Both the position numbers and the translations under genes were made by a program. The notes under the pieces are model-generated. The model searched no databases and was not told the origin of the DNA. It was given only the letters and a program-made list of their open reading frames with translations. From NCBI RefSeq assembly GCF_009914755.1, contig NC_060933.1: a DNA stretch of 64,000 nt; one strand, given 5' to 3'. This DNA comes from the human T2T-CHM13v2.0 reference genome, Homo sapiens. Below, piece after piece: positions 36,880 to 52,168 of the stretch (its first letter is position 1; each line of letters starts with the position of its first letter).

Positions 36880-37812
36880 CTACCATCACAAATGTTGAAA
36901 TTTCAACCAAGCAGCAATAGAAAAAGGCTGCTTAATGCAAATCAAGTATCAGTCCCAGCATTCCAATTAAGGCCCTGCTTAATTCAATAAGTAAGAGTCA
37001 CATTTCAAAATGTTTGGAAGTCATTTCATCCTAAAGCCTTCCTCAGAAATCATCTTTACACAAAACAATCCTGATCACTCATTCTACTCTAACTCAAGAG
37101 CCCCATTTTGAAGAGAGGTCTCTTGGTAACAGCAGAGGGGCAGAAGCAGAACCTGAGTGCTCCACAAACCCGAGATATGCAGAAAGCACCTGGTAGTAGC
37201 CACCTTAATCAATACCTGGTCATAAACCAACGCATCCACAAGGCACAACCACAACACAGCAGGATGGGACACAGTGTAGCTGACGGTTCTGAAGGTGCAT
37301 TTCCCTGCACTCTGTCACGCTGCTAATCCTCCCAGAGAGATACTGTCAGGTTGAAACCTGAGCTGTTAATTATCAGATGATGAGGGCTAAACAGTCATTC
37401 TACTATGAGTATAATTCAGGCATTGTGTGAGTGGAGGGATTTTACCGGGTTGTGTACACAATAGGTGTTTAATGAGTAAACAGAAGTGAAATGGAATGAA
37501 TGGGCACAGCACCGGAACAAATTACAATGTCTTCTAAAAACACCCATCTTTTCCAAAATTTCAATCATTCCAGCTGAAAGGGTGAGCATTTGTCATGCAG
37601 TGAAGCAGCCCAAAACAGTCCAAGAAAATGGTTTTGTAACAAAGTTTTGTACCATTCATAATAACCTTTCACCCTCTATGATTCACAGCACAAAAAAGAC
37701 CAACAGGCTGCAAATGTCTGCACAAGTCAGCTTCTCTAACTTTTTAGGCCAGTTACTTAGGGTTGCAAAGATCCCTGTAGAGAAATATACCTTACTTTAA
37801 AATTATAACATG

Positions 37813-38322
<510 letters not shown>

Positions 38323-39276
38323 GATACAAAAACTTTTTGATGGTCAATCAAAGGTATGAATCCTGAAGTGTGTTTCTAAGGTCACATTCTAGGGTATGAT
38401 CTGGGAACAGGGTCCAGAAACTGAGTATTCTTAATTCTCTGGGAGGACCAACTCTCTATAAAGAATTCGTGCTGCACAAAATCCAAGAGTATTACAATTT
38501 CATTTTATTATAATAAGGAACATCTCTTTCCAGATACATCCTTCCTCCAGGAATCTTTCCCTGGTTTTAAGAGAATCTATCTGGTGAGTAGAAAACCAGA
38601 ATCCTGGATATTAAATGATGATGTTTGGGGTAGCGAGAGGAATTTCACCAGAGCTCTCAGAACACCTAGAGACATATTTGTTCTGGAACTATATAAAACA
38701 CTCTGATGACCAAACTGCTCAGGCTCACCAGTATTTTTTGGTTAAGAATGAATGGGTATTCTCATAGAGTGCTTCTCTGAACTATTGATTCCTAGGCTGA
38801 AAAAACTTCGTCGGAATTTTTCTTTGCAATGTTATTACTAAGTAAGCTAAATAGTGTGGTCTCATCTAATTCCAGGGCCTTCCAACTGTGACAGCCCACA
38901 ATGTCATCTTTATGATGGGTTTTTAAACATAAATAGATATCCATCTTCCCATCAATGGTTTCAAGACTTTTTTTTTTTAAATATGAAGAACTCTGTTTTC
39001 AAATGAGCTCTTGCTTAGTATTATAATAGTAAAAACATGAAAAAGCAGGTCTTCTCTGATTGAAACAAGCACAAAAAACTTTTGGCTTAAACTCAGCCAC
39101 ACCCAGCTTATTCTTCCCATTCACCCTTTGGGAGATGGCCCAAAAGTCTGAAAGAACACTAAGAACACTTAGAATACCACTGAACTAAATTATATCACAA
39201 ACTCCCAGCCAGCCGTACTTTTCTACAAAACAAAGTCATGCTGTCCAAGGAAAAGCCTCACATTCCGAAAGCATTA

Positions 39277-39573
<297 letters not shown>

Positions 39574-40559
39574 TCATATCAATACAGCTTTGAAGATCTT
39601 AAAACAGGTTCCATTGCAACAGTCCAATGCATCAGGTCTCTTTACTGAAACTCAGAATGTATCAAAGCACAAGGCACAATGACAGGACACTTAAAACCTG
39701 CAAGTTGCATTAACTCAGTATCTCCCACACTCTTGTCCCTCTTGCAAAGAAAAATCCAGAGTCCAACTCGTTTTCTTAAGAGTGGGACACATGATTTGGC
39801 AAACAGGAATCCAGAGTCTGAATTCCTGGAACCACTTTTATTAGATGAACAACATCCTCACTATTTTGCAATTTATGTTGTCTTTAAGTAGGACTGGGCT
39901 GAAATATGGGGAGAAAGCATTTATGCTATTTATCTGTAAGTGTAGATATTTAACTAAGACACAGAACTATGTTCTAACAATTTCAGAATTTGGAATTCTC
40001 CATTTTACTTGCCCTAGAGCAGAGTGCCAGAAAGCCAGGCCTCTTATCTCATTGATAGGCCAATTCTAAATCATTCTTATCTTTTCTTTATACCAAACCC
40101 ACTAGAGAGCCTCTTCTTGGTCATATTTTACTTAATTGCCTTTCTGGACCTAAACTATTCTACTTCATACGTGGTCCAGTGGACCACAAGCTTTGAAAGA
40201 AGAGCCTGTTTATCCTGCTCACTTTGCATCCACAGTGCTGAAACATTATAGCCAGTATTTGTTGAAGGAATGAACAATGCAGACTCTTTATTACACCATT
40301 ACTAACTGCCCTGTTTAAATTGGGGCAGGCTGATGTGCTTGTAGAACAACCTAAGGTGAGTGATGGACCAAAAGCCTCTCAAAACCCATGCAGCTTTTGA
40401 AATACTGCAGAACATTTGGCCTACCATGATTCCCATTAAGTTTTTGCTGACTGCCAGAGATACTCAAGCACACTTCAGTTCTACTCATTTCTTTAACTGG
40501 TCCTTGCTGCTAGGCTGTCAGCCTACAGTTAGTGTCTATGTTTAAGAATACTGACAACA

Positions 40560-40863
40560 GGCCGGGTGCAGTGGGTCATGTCTGTAATTCCAACACTTTG
40601 GGAGGCCAAGGCAGACGGATCACCTGAGGTCAGGAGTTCAAGACCAGTCTGGCCAACCAACATGGTGAAACCCCGTCTCTACTAAAAATACAACAATTAG
40701 CCAGGTGTGGTGGTGCATGCCTGTAATCCCAGCTACTCAGGAGGCTGAAGCAGAGAATCACTTGAACCTGGGAGGCAGAGGTTGTAGTGAGCTGAGATCA
40801 CGCCACTGCACTCCAGCCTGGGTGACAGAGCGAGACTCCAACTCAAAAAAAAAAAAAAAAAAA
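40560..40863 (+). mobile_element. Full-length Alu
   Basis: TSD aagaatactgacaac. Confidence 0.93.
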
Positions 40864-41513
40864 GAATACTGACAACGGAGGGCCTTTGTTGATGTCATCT
40901 TCTGCCTCTGCCCAATCATGCTTTGTTCCCTTTCCTTTCCTTACACAAGTATTGATCCCAAGAATTTTTCAATAAATGTCTTGTATGCTCAAAAAAAAGA
41001 ATACTGAAAATACAGAAACTCCAAGGACCATCCAAGGACCATCTCCATGCTTAGGATGCCCCTTATTTTAAACTGATTAGATGTGACAGATATGAAATTG
41101 GCAGGGGGCAATGGAAATTATGCTAAATGCAACTACTTTCAAAAGCCTGATGCCTTTGGCCCATCTCCTAACCACACAATTGGTAAACACAAGGCATATT
41201 TTCCTAGTTTCAGAAGGGCACGCAGTAAGCACATTTTTCTAATTTTAAAAATTCTAGATCATGTGAAGCAAAAAGCTTATTTTCAAGAATAAACATTTCC
41301 ACTACTTCTGCTTCTTGTAAAGACAAGCTAGTATGCAGACACGAGATAGGGGAGGAAGCAGTTCCCCTTTCTGCCAGAGAATAAGCTCAAAAAGTGTCTC
41401 TGAAAAATCAATAACCATGCAAGCTGGGTCTGGTGCTACCCACTGCACAAGAGCTGTCTAATAATGATGCCAGAGGAAGTTTTCTATGATTCTAAAGTTA
41501 AAATTCAACATAA

Positions 41514-42032
<519 letters not shown>

Positions 42033-42464
42033 CTTATTTTATAAAATTCTTAAAAGTCTCCAAATACACCCTTGTCTAAAGTCTCCTGTCCTCAATTTTT
42101 TAGACAGAGCTCCTCCAGATCAATAACCCTTAACCACGGTTATTGCCTCAGAACTGTGAATATTTTTTAAGTTTAACTCAACTTAAAATGTATCCCTTGT
42201 AGGAGGAAATCATCACAAATGCCAAGTGATAAGCCAGAAATCAATTTTATTTTAACCAGCTGGCCCATGACGCCAGGTTGCATATTCCACTCCTGGATGG
42301 TTTGGCAATTCCTGCCTGAATAGGGAAGTAAAATTAAGTGAAGTTGTATTCAAACTACCTCCCTCCCCTTCACCACCATTACAAGGACAAGGGTTTATTC
42401 ATTTCTTTCCAGTAGCTGCACAACGTAATTGCCATCAGCCCTACTGAGGAAGCTGGAGGCATCA

Positions 42465-42620
<156 letters not shown>

Positions 42621-42784
42621 TTAGTAAGTAACTCAAAAAAAAAAAAAAAGTGGGCACAATGGGACAGTGGAGAAACGTTATCATAATATTGATGATCAAC
42701 AGTTGCCTGGCTAAACACACACAGGAATGAGATAGGGGAGCATCGCCATATCAGGAGAGGCATGAAAATATTGCTTTCTGGTAA

Positions 42785-43202
<418 letters not shown>

Positions 43203-43363
43203 TTTCTCTTCTAAATGATCTCACCCACCCCACCTGAGCTTTGTGGCACTAGTCCGTTCATTCCTGTCTCCCCACTGCCTTTTCACAGAGCTAAAATTGG
43301 AGAGATTTAAAGCTTTATTCCCACAAGCTGCAGAGACTAATCTCCTGTTTAATGCAAAACAAG

Positions 43364-43662
43364 CAATGGTTCTCAAACTTAAGTATGCATCAGAATCACC
43401 TGGAGAGCTTGTTAAAATGCAGACTGCTGGGCCGGGCCGGGCCGGCCCCCCACCCCCACCCCCACCCCCACCCCCACCCCCACCCCCACCCCCACCCCCA
43501 CCCCCACCCCCACCCCCACCCCCACCCCCACCCCCACCCCCACCCCCACCCCCACCCCCACCCCCAGAGTTTCTGATACAGCGGCCCTGGGATGCGACTG
43601 GAGAATCACTTACAGGTGATGCTGATGCTGCTGACCTGGGGACCATGTTTTGACAAACACTG
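43364..43662. mobile_element. MER5A containing an expanded hexamer repeat
   Basis: caatggttctcaaactt...tgcatcagaatcacctggagagcttgttaaaa...cagagtttctgat...caggtgatgctgatgctgctg...gggaccat...aaacactg. Confidence 0.85.
43429..43566. repeat. (GGGCC)3 followed by pure (CCCCCA)20; reads (TGGGGG)20 on the ABCA1 sense strand
   Basis: 20 A residues at exact 6-bp spacing from 43452 to 43566. Confidence 0.97.
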
Positions 43663-44671
43663 GCAGAGTGCATTACGCATATCAAAGTGCCTTCACAGAC
43701 ATGGTCTCATTTTCATTCCAAACATAAAACATGTGATACAAAGCTCCAAAACCCAGGTCTGCCAGGCTTTAGGAAAACACATTAACATATATTTAAACCA
43801 TCAGCCCTATTAAATGATTTGATTGCTAAAGGATTTCATACGGAATCTCCCTAAATAATAGGCCCTCTGAGTACAGTTAGAAAAGGCTTCAATCCAGTGC
43901 AACAAAACAGAAAAAGCAGCACTAAGAATCCAGAATTTTAGTTTCTAGAGTTGGAGGCTGTGTCTGGTGGCGTCCCTGCGTACCTCATGTCATCTTTCTG
44001 AACCTCAATTTCTTGATCTCCAAAATGAGAGGTTTCTGACCAGATGCTTGGTAGGAGCCCTATGACTCCGAAACAGTATAGTTTTCCCTGACTCATCTCA
44101 TTTGGCTGTCTACCTCTTCTCCTTCCAACCCACTCTCCTAACAGCCTAACTTCTTTGTAATAAAGATAAAACCAGCTCATCAGGACCACATGAACTGAGC
44201 CCACATGGCCAGGCACTAAGCAACCTCTAGAGGGCAAACTTTGCAAACTGAAATCATTTACCAGAAGAGAAACAGGTTTGATCTGAAAATGGGGCTACAG
44301 TGTGAGGCTTAATGAGGACAGGAGTTAATCCGCGGAGCTAAGAGGGTCACATGCAGAGATAAAGTAACAGGAGGGCCTGACAGCCCAGCCAGTCTCTCAT
44401 AAATGCTGTATGATCCAGGTGTATTCTGCTTTAGGCAAACTTCAGTAATATTGAGTTATATAGACAGAATAAATTGAGCAAGATTTACATCGCTAGAGAA
44501 ATGATTCACTGCTACCCCTCTATGGCTAGCTCCTAGTTATTCCTCATGACAGCCAGTAGCTGTTCTTAGGCCCAGTTAGTGTCCCTCAGAATCAGTGCTC
44601 CTGCAAACTGCTACCTACCTGATGCTTCCCATCACATGTGACTCTACACTGTTAGCATTAGGCTCTCTACT

Positions 44672-44868
44672 GCAGTTGTCAAACCTCAGAGCACCTAAGC
44701 TTCATTTAGGGAGCATGCGAAAATGCAGTTTCTTGGGCCCAGTCCCCAGAGATTCTGAAATAGTGGGTCTAGAGTGCAGAGCCTACAAATCTACATTTGA
44801 ATAAGCATCCCTTACACTTTTAATGTTGGGGGAGGGAGGTGTGGAACCACAGTTTAAGGAACATTGTT
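44672..44868. mobile_element. Degenerate MER5-family element
   Basis: tcttgggcccagtccccagagattctgaaatagtgggtctagag...tacatttgaataagcatccc. Confidence 0.6.
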
Positions 44869-45961
44869 TTACTTGCATGTTGTCTCTACCAGACTATGCC
44901 TATAGGATAGGGAATATGCGTTCTTAGTACCACCAATGCCCAGATCAGGCCTGGCACAGAATTACTGCCCAGTGAAGGGTAGCTGAATACTAAACACTAG
45001 GAGATGGGATTAGGGCTGACAAGGTTCCAAAAGTATCTGAGTACCATCATAGGAGATTTCCTTTTAGCTGGCCAGGTCCAGGAAGAGCCCAGGGATGTCA
45101 GGACCATCCCCAGGCCACACCCCAGGAGTGAACAGGACTTCTAACCACTGGAACTGCCTTCCCAGGAACAGAAAGCGACATCCGGGGTCACTTTCTGTTC
45201 TTGGGAGAAACAGGAAGGAAGGTGTAAGCTGGTGTCTTCAGTTGAGGACTGGTGTGAAAAGGTAGACATTAATCACTGTACAACCATGGAAAAAGCACCA
45301 CCCTGGGAGTCAGAAACCTGGGTTCTAAATCCATTTATTTGTCGAGTCATTTCATGTAGTTGTGCCTCCACTGCCTTATCTATAAAATGAAGGGTCAAAA
45401 AAGGCCTCTGTGAAACCTCAACAGAAACAGAATACACGTATTAGCTAACCCTCACTGACTAGGTGGGCCATAGCTTCCTCCTGAGCAGAGCCAGAGCAAT
45501 ACATCATATTGCACCAGGGAACTTCAAAACAGCTCCCTCCTTCCCAAGCAGGGTGGCAGAAGTGTGGGAGGGCGACCCAGGCCACCCCTGCAATGGGCCT
45601 AGGTCATCCTGCAACACTCTCCAGACCAGTGAGTGTGCTCAGCATGTTTATAAGACTTCTGTTATGTTAACAGGCTCTGAAGATGAGAACATCTGGATGT
45701 GATCAAGCTCCAGCCTCCTATCAGTGAATCCCCCGGATGAGACATAAGAACCCAGAGACTGATTAAACAGTCAACAACCCTTGGCTGTGCACGTGCATGG
45801 TGTGGTAGGTTCGCTGGGTTGGGAAGCAGCAGGGAGGGCCAAAGATCCTCCACTACAAAGAACTTGCAGCCTGATCACGTGGATATCCACCCATGTAGGC
45901 TTAGACTCACACACTAGCACCAACCTGTGTGAAAACAGGAAGGCAACATGGTGTAGTATAC

Positions 45962-46430
<469 letters not shown>

Positions 46431-47296
46431 CTAAATTTGATACTGCACTCTCCTGTGAAATAGCTGTGTGACTGTGAGAAAGTGACTTTACCTCCCTGAG
46501 CACAAATTTTCTTACCAATTAAGTGAAGGTAATAGTATCCACATTTCAAAGATATGAAGATCAGAGATACTCATCATGGTAGGTGCTCAATATATGGTAA
46601 TAATTTGTGATTATCAAAAAGATTTTTTCACTCAACTTTACCAATGTACAACAATGCCATTTATAGAAAAGATGGGGACACAGTCCCTGCCTTCGAGGAA
46701 CTTTCAAGGCTGAAAGGGGAGATAAAGAGGCAAATCAATTCAAGAAGGCAGAAGGAAGGATAAGCAAGCCAAAAGGAGACAGTAAATGGAAGCACTGGCC
46801 CAAGATGAGGTTTATCTGTAAGTGCTTCATGGCGAGCAACCAGACTGGAGCCAAGTTCTGGAAAAGGACAGAGTCAAAAATCCCTAGAAGTGGCTGGAGA
46901 GGAAGGGGTAAGACCTCTCATGATGACAACGACCAGGACATTTTGTGGTCATAATGCTATGCACATAGTAGATTCTCAACAAATGAATGAACAAGCAGAT
47001 AATTAGAGAAGAGATTTCTCAAAACCTCAGATCTGGGTAGTAGGAAGGGGAGAAAAAAGGAGGGGGTGAGGACAGAGTACAGTGGCTTTGTATCTGCTGG
47101 TCTCAGTCTTCTCCCCTATGTTGCTGGCAGGAAAATGGGTGGAAAGCCAAGAATATTAAGAAAGCCAGATGTCTGAAACATACCTTCTCCTCTTACCCCA
47201 TCCTCATGACATGGCCCATGAGTCACCTCCTCCAGGAAGCCTGCCCTGGCCTTCCCATCCTCAAGCTGGGTTAGGTGGCCAGCCCTTTTTTGTGAC

Positions 47297-47597
47297 TTTT
47301 TTTTTTTTTAATACAGAGTTTCACCCTTTCACCCAGGCTGGAGTGAAGTGGCCCGCTCTTGGCTCATTGCAACCTCCAAAGCCCCAGGTTCAAGCAATTC
47401 TCCTGCCTCAGCCTCCCGAGTTGTTGGGATTACAGGCACCCGCCATCACGCCCAGCTATTATTCCTTTTTGTATTTTTAGTAGAGTTGGGGTTTCATCAT
47501 GTTGGCCAGGCTGGTCTTGAACTCCTGACCTCAGGTGATCCACTCGCCTTGGCCTCCCAAAGTGCTAGGATTAGAGGCATGAGCCACCGCGCCCGGC
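47297..47597 (-). mobile_element. Full-length Alu
   Basis: TSD ttttgtgact. Confidence 0.9.
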
Positions 47598-48919
47598 GTT
47601 TTGTGACTCTTTTGTGCCCAACATCCTATGTTTTCCACTAGTACCACACAGATCAAGCTGCAGTCACCCATGTAAATATCCTGCTCCCAGAAGAATAGAA
47701 ATTCCTTGAGGGCCAGGGTTTTTAATTCCAAAGCCAGCAGTGCCTGGCACAGAGGAGGCACTCAGTAAATTGGATGAATGAATGAATAGATGGATGGATG
47801 AACTAATGAATGAATGAATACAAATGAGTGAATAAATTAATGACCTGATGTGATTTGGGGAATTGCCGATTGCAGAGAAGAAAATTCACCTTGCAGTGAG
47901 TTAGGGAAAAGATGAAGCAGGACATGAACTTGAAACAAACCAAGTAAAGAGGACACAAGAGTTCTGCTAAACCCACTCAGCCACGTCAGCCCAGATCAAG
48001 AGGAGAGTCAGGTGAGTGGCAGCTAGAAGCAGAGTGGGGAACAGGAGAGAGGAAGGCTGAGTTGATTAAATGATAAAATGGAGATGACAATGGCATCCAC
48101 CTCATTGGACTGAGCTAGGTGTTAAATGAGCAAATGTACCTGCAGACCTAGTATAATGCCGGGCACTGAGTAAGGTGCCCGGTAAAGGATGGCTAATATC
48201 ATCATCATTTTCAGGAATGACTGATCTGAACAGATTCATGGCTAATTTAACCTTAAAGCATATTCAGAATAGACAAGACACAGAAGTGGCTTTGGCGGCT
48301 AAGTTGAGATGTTGAATTTGTGATCTAAGGTATGCACATGTGTGTATGTGTGTGCATATGTATGTGTGTATTATAATACATATTAGCCTGGCTGAGTTCC
48401 TAAGACAGAATTATTGAGTTCTTTCTGCTGATACTATCTATAAGGTAAAGGAAAGGTTGAAGCTGACTGATTTGTCTACTCATAACTTTATGAAAGAATA
48501 AATAAATCTAGTATTTTACAGGGAATCACCAGGAATGATCATATCCACCAGTCACTGCAAGGATGGATATAGGTGGAAGATGACCTGGACGAAAGACCAA
48601 TCATTCCACACAAGACAGGGAATACTTCCTGAACAGGAGAGTCATTTAGCCACTTAACTTTGGCCAATGAGTTAATGCGGACCTGGATTTTATAATCAGT
48701 AAAATGTGTGGGTTGGAGAAGATGATCTCTGAGGTCTTCTTACCTGACACTGAAAGGAACACAGGGCAAAACAAAATCAGCACTGGATACAGCATCACAG
48801 GGTCTGAATTCAAGAGTCAGCTCTGCCATTTCCTGACTGTGTAATCATGAAGCTATACTTTCCCCCCTATTTAAATCTCCCTAAGCCTCAGTTTCCTTGG
48901 ATATAAAATGGGGCTAATA

Positions 48920-49186
<267 letters not shown>

Positions 49187-51319
49187 CGGGGCTAATAACA
49201 TTCACAGGTTGTTGTGCAAACCAAAGATCAAGAACGTGAACGTGCTGTTTCAGGGGAAAAAGCTGACTTGCTCCAAGTGTTCGCTCGGGTAACTGGAAGG
49301 TATGACCTCTGTCACAGGATGCGGAGCTGGGCTACTGCTGCCAGCAGAAGAGAAAGTCACTATCCAGCAGAAGGTCAAGAGGGCTCTCTCACCACAGTCT
49401 CTTCAATACAGACCAAAATACTTGACCTGCTGAGCTCAGCCTCCTTGGTTTTGCCTGGAGGAGCAAACAGTGACCTACCAATTAGCCAAGAGCTTCTGTA
49501 AAGTGGGGCAAAGGAAAGGAAAAAGAACAAAAAACAGGTGACATGTGTGTTTGTGGGCTGGAAGAAACGAAGCAGAACCCTCAGCTTCTTGCCACACATC
49601 CAGGCCTCTGGGACCAAGCCGGGGAACCAGCTGGGACCTCTGGGACCCAGGTCCAGGCCTCTGGGACCAAGCTGAGGAACACATTTGCACGTGCAGGCGG
49701 AGGGGTATGACGCGGGGTGGGGGCGAGGTCCTGCTTTCCAGGCCATTCAGTGTTCCTTCAGTTCTCTGAGCATAGAGGACAAGGAAGGTGGGAGGAGGGA
49801 GGAGAGGGAAGAGAGGGGTGAAGGAGCTTGGGGGAGGCTGGGAAAGAAGGAGGAAAGGAGAGGAGGGAGAGCAGCTCAGGAAGGCGGAGGAGGAAAGCCC
49901 TTTGCTGAGCTGAGCTGAGCCAGACGGGGTTACTCTCGGTCAGTGCCCTCCAGTCCCCAGCTCAGGTTTCAAGATCTGTCTTCTCTTTTGCTCAACATGA
50001 AAAGGAACCAGAGCAATCAGCTGCTTTAGAAGTGGGTGGAGGAGGCAAATGAAAAAAAAGGAGAAGTAGGGAAAATCACATCAGCATCCCAGGCCCAGAT
50101 GGTCTTCTTCAATGGACCCCTGGGGTGGGGGTGGGGTGGGGCCTCCCAGCCTGCTAGGAGCTGTCAACTGAGCAGGGCCTGGGAGCGGGAGACAAATTCT
50201 AACTCGTGGTTTTAATCAGCCTGAGCTTGTCCAGCCTTACAAATAAGACCTTGAAATACTTCTCTGTTATACAAGGGCTGGTAACAAATACACTCCAGTG
50301 TCTTTATGGTATTTTTTTGGTGTTTTGTTTTCCTGATGCTCTGCTGTCTTCTTGAAGAATAGACGATGCCTGCTTCACCAATAGCTGAGCACTCTCTGGG
50401 AAGACCTGGTTGTTGGGTGCTGAGGAGAAGGGGTGAGGCGGGGTGATGCAGCTGCTCCTTCAGGTGACTCCTTAGAGCAGGGGAGAGTAGGCCAGGGGTG
50501 TGTGGTACACACAGCCTAAGGACACCCATGCTGTTCATCCCGGCCTGGGCTTTCCAACCCAGGAGACACTTCCTTCTCTACAGAGAAGGCTCACCGAGGG
50601 ATACCAAGACATACCTGAAAAAACTCAGTTCCAGAATTTTCCAGTTATGTGGCCTTGGGAAAGTCAGTTAGGCTCTCTGAGCCTCCATTTTTCTGTAAAT
50701 GGAGGTCTAGCTTCCTATACGTGTGGGTTAAGTTATCACTAATGACACTAAGTGTGTTAAGTACTCTGAATGCTGACTCACACATACTCCTTGAGAAAAT
50801 ACAAGCTGAAAATTAAACATGTTCAAAATAAATGTGGATAAAGTCATAGATGACAAGCTGTGAAGAATTCCCAAGAGAAACCAGGATATTTAGGCTTATG
50901 CTCCCTGAACCTTCCAAGGCATTAGGAAGCCAGAGTCTTCTCTTTCAACCAATGGGAATACCATAACTTTAGGAACCACACATTCCTTCTAGTATTTTAC
51001 AAATAATATAAACTTGTATTAGTTCAACAAACTTCTGAATGGCTACAGTACCCAAAATACTAGTGTTGTGGTTCAAAGGGATAATATTTTTCTCAGTGCT
51101 CCTTGAAGGCAGGAGCTAGCCTATAACAAAAGAGGCGCTGTGTAACAAAATCCCTGCCCTTGCATTCTAAGAGGAGATGGCCAGAGGGTCGGGTGAGCAG
51201 AGCGGTGAGCCTCCAACCCTCTCTGCCACTCCAGAATCAGTCAGCACTGGAATCAGGGGTGGAACGAGACATTACTCATCTTCCCCCAGATTACTTTGCT
51301 AGTAAGGCAATAGCACACC

Positions 51320-52168
51320 TGCTATGATTTGAACGTGTCCCCCCTCAAAGTTCATACATTGAAACTTCATCACCAATGTGACAGTATTAAGAGGCAGGGC
51401 CTTTAAGGGGTGATTAAGTTATGTGAGCAGTGCCCTCACCAATAGCATTAGGGCCCCTCACAGATACCATGAGTTTCATGTGCGTCTGTGTGAAGAGACC
51501 ACCAAACAGGCTTTGTGTGAGCAATAAAGCTGTTTTTTTCACCTGGCTGCAGGTGGGCTGAGTCCGAAAAGAGAGTCAGCAAAGGGAGATAGGGGTGGGG
51601 CCGTTTTATAGGATTTGGGAAGGTAATGGAAAATTACAGTCAAAGGGGGTTGTTCTCTGGTGGGCAGGGGCAGGGGGTCACAAGGTGCTCAGTGGGGGAG
51701 CTTCTGAGCCAGGAGAAGGAAATTCACAGGGTTAATCACTCAGTTAAGGTGGGGCAGGAACAAATCACAATGGTGGAACGTCATCAGTTAAGGCGAGGCA
51801 GGGCCTTTTCACTTCTTTTGTGATTCTTCAGTTACTTCAGGCCATCTGGGCGTATATGTGCAAGTCACAGGGGATGCGATGGCTTGGCTTGGGCTTAGAG
51901 GCCTGACAATGAGGACCCCTATAAAAGGGCTTGAGGGAGAGGCTTCAGTCCCTTCTGCCAGTTGAGGAAATGGCGTTTGTCCCCTCCTAAGGATGCAGCA
52001 ACAAGGCACCATCTTAGAAGCAGAGAGCAGCCCTCACCAGACACCAAACCTGCCAACACCTTGATTTTGGATTTCCCAGCCTCCAGAACTGTGAGAAGTA
52101 AATTTCTATTGTGTATAAATTACTCAGTCTCGAGAATTTTCTTCTAGCAGCAGAAACAGAATAAGACA
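51320..52168 (+). mobile_element. MaLR LTR (MST-like) interrupted by LTR7
   Basis: tgctatgatttgaacgtgtccccc...; ...caccttgattttggatttcccagcctccagaactgtgagaagtaaatttct...taagaca. Confidence 0.75.
51474..51908 (-). mobile_element. Solo LTR7 (HERV-H LTR), 435 bp, same orientation as ABCA1
   Basis: Minus strand begins TGTCAGGCCTCTAAGCCCAAGCCAAGCCATCGCATCCCCTGTGAC and ends GGTCTCTTCACACAGACGCACATGAAA; 5-bp TSD atgag at 51469-51473 and 51909-51913. Confidence 0.93.

Noticed and set aside
43221-43685. Poly-Gly, poly-Pro, (PH)n and (GV)n ORFs
   Set aside because: Produced by the stop-free hexamer repeat inside MER5A; no splice, promoter or homology evidence for a protein gene
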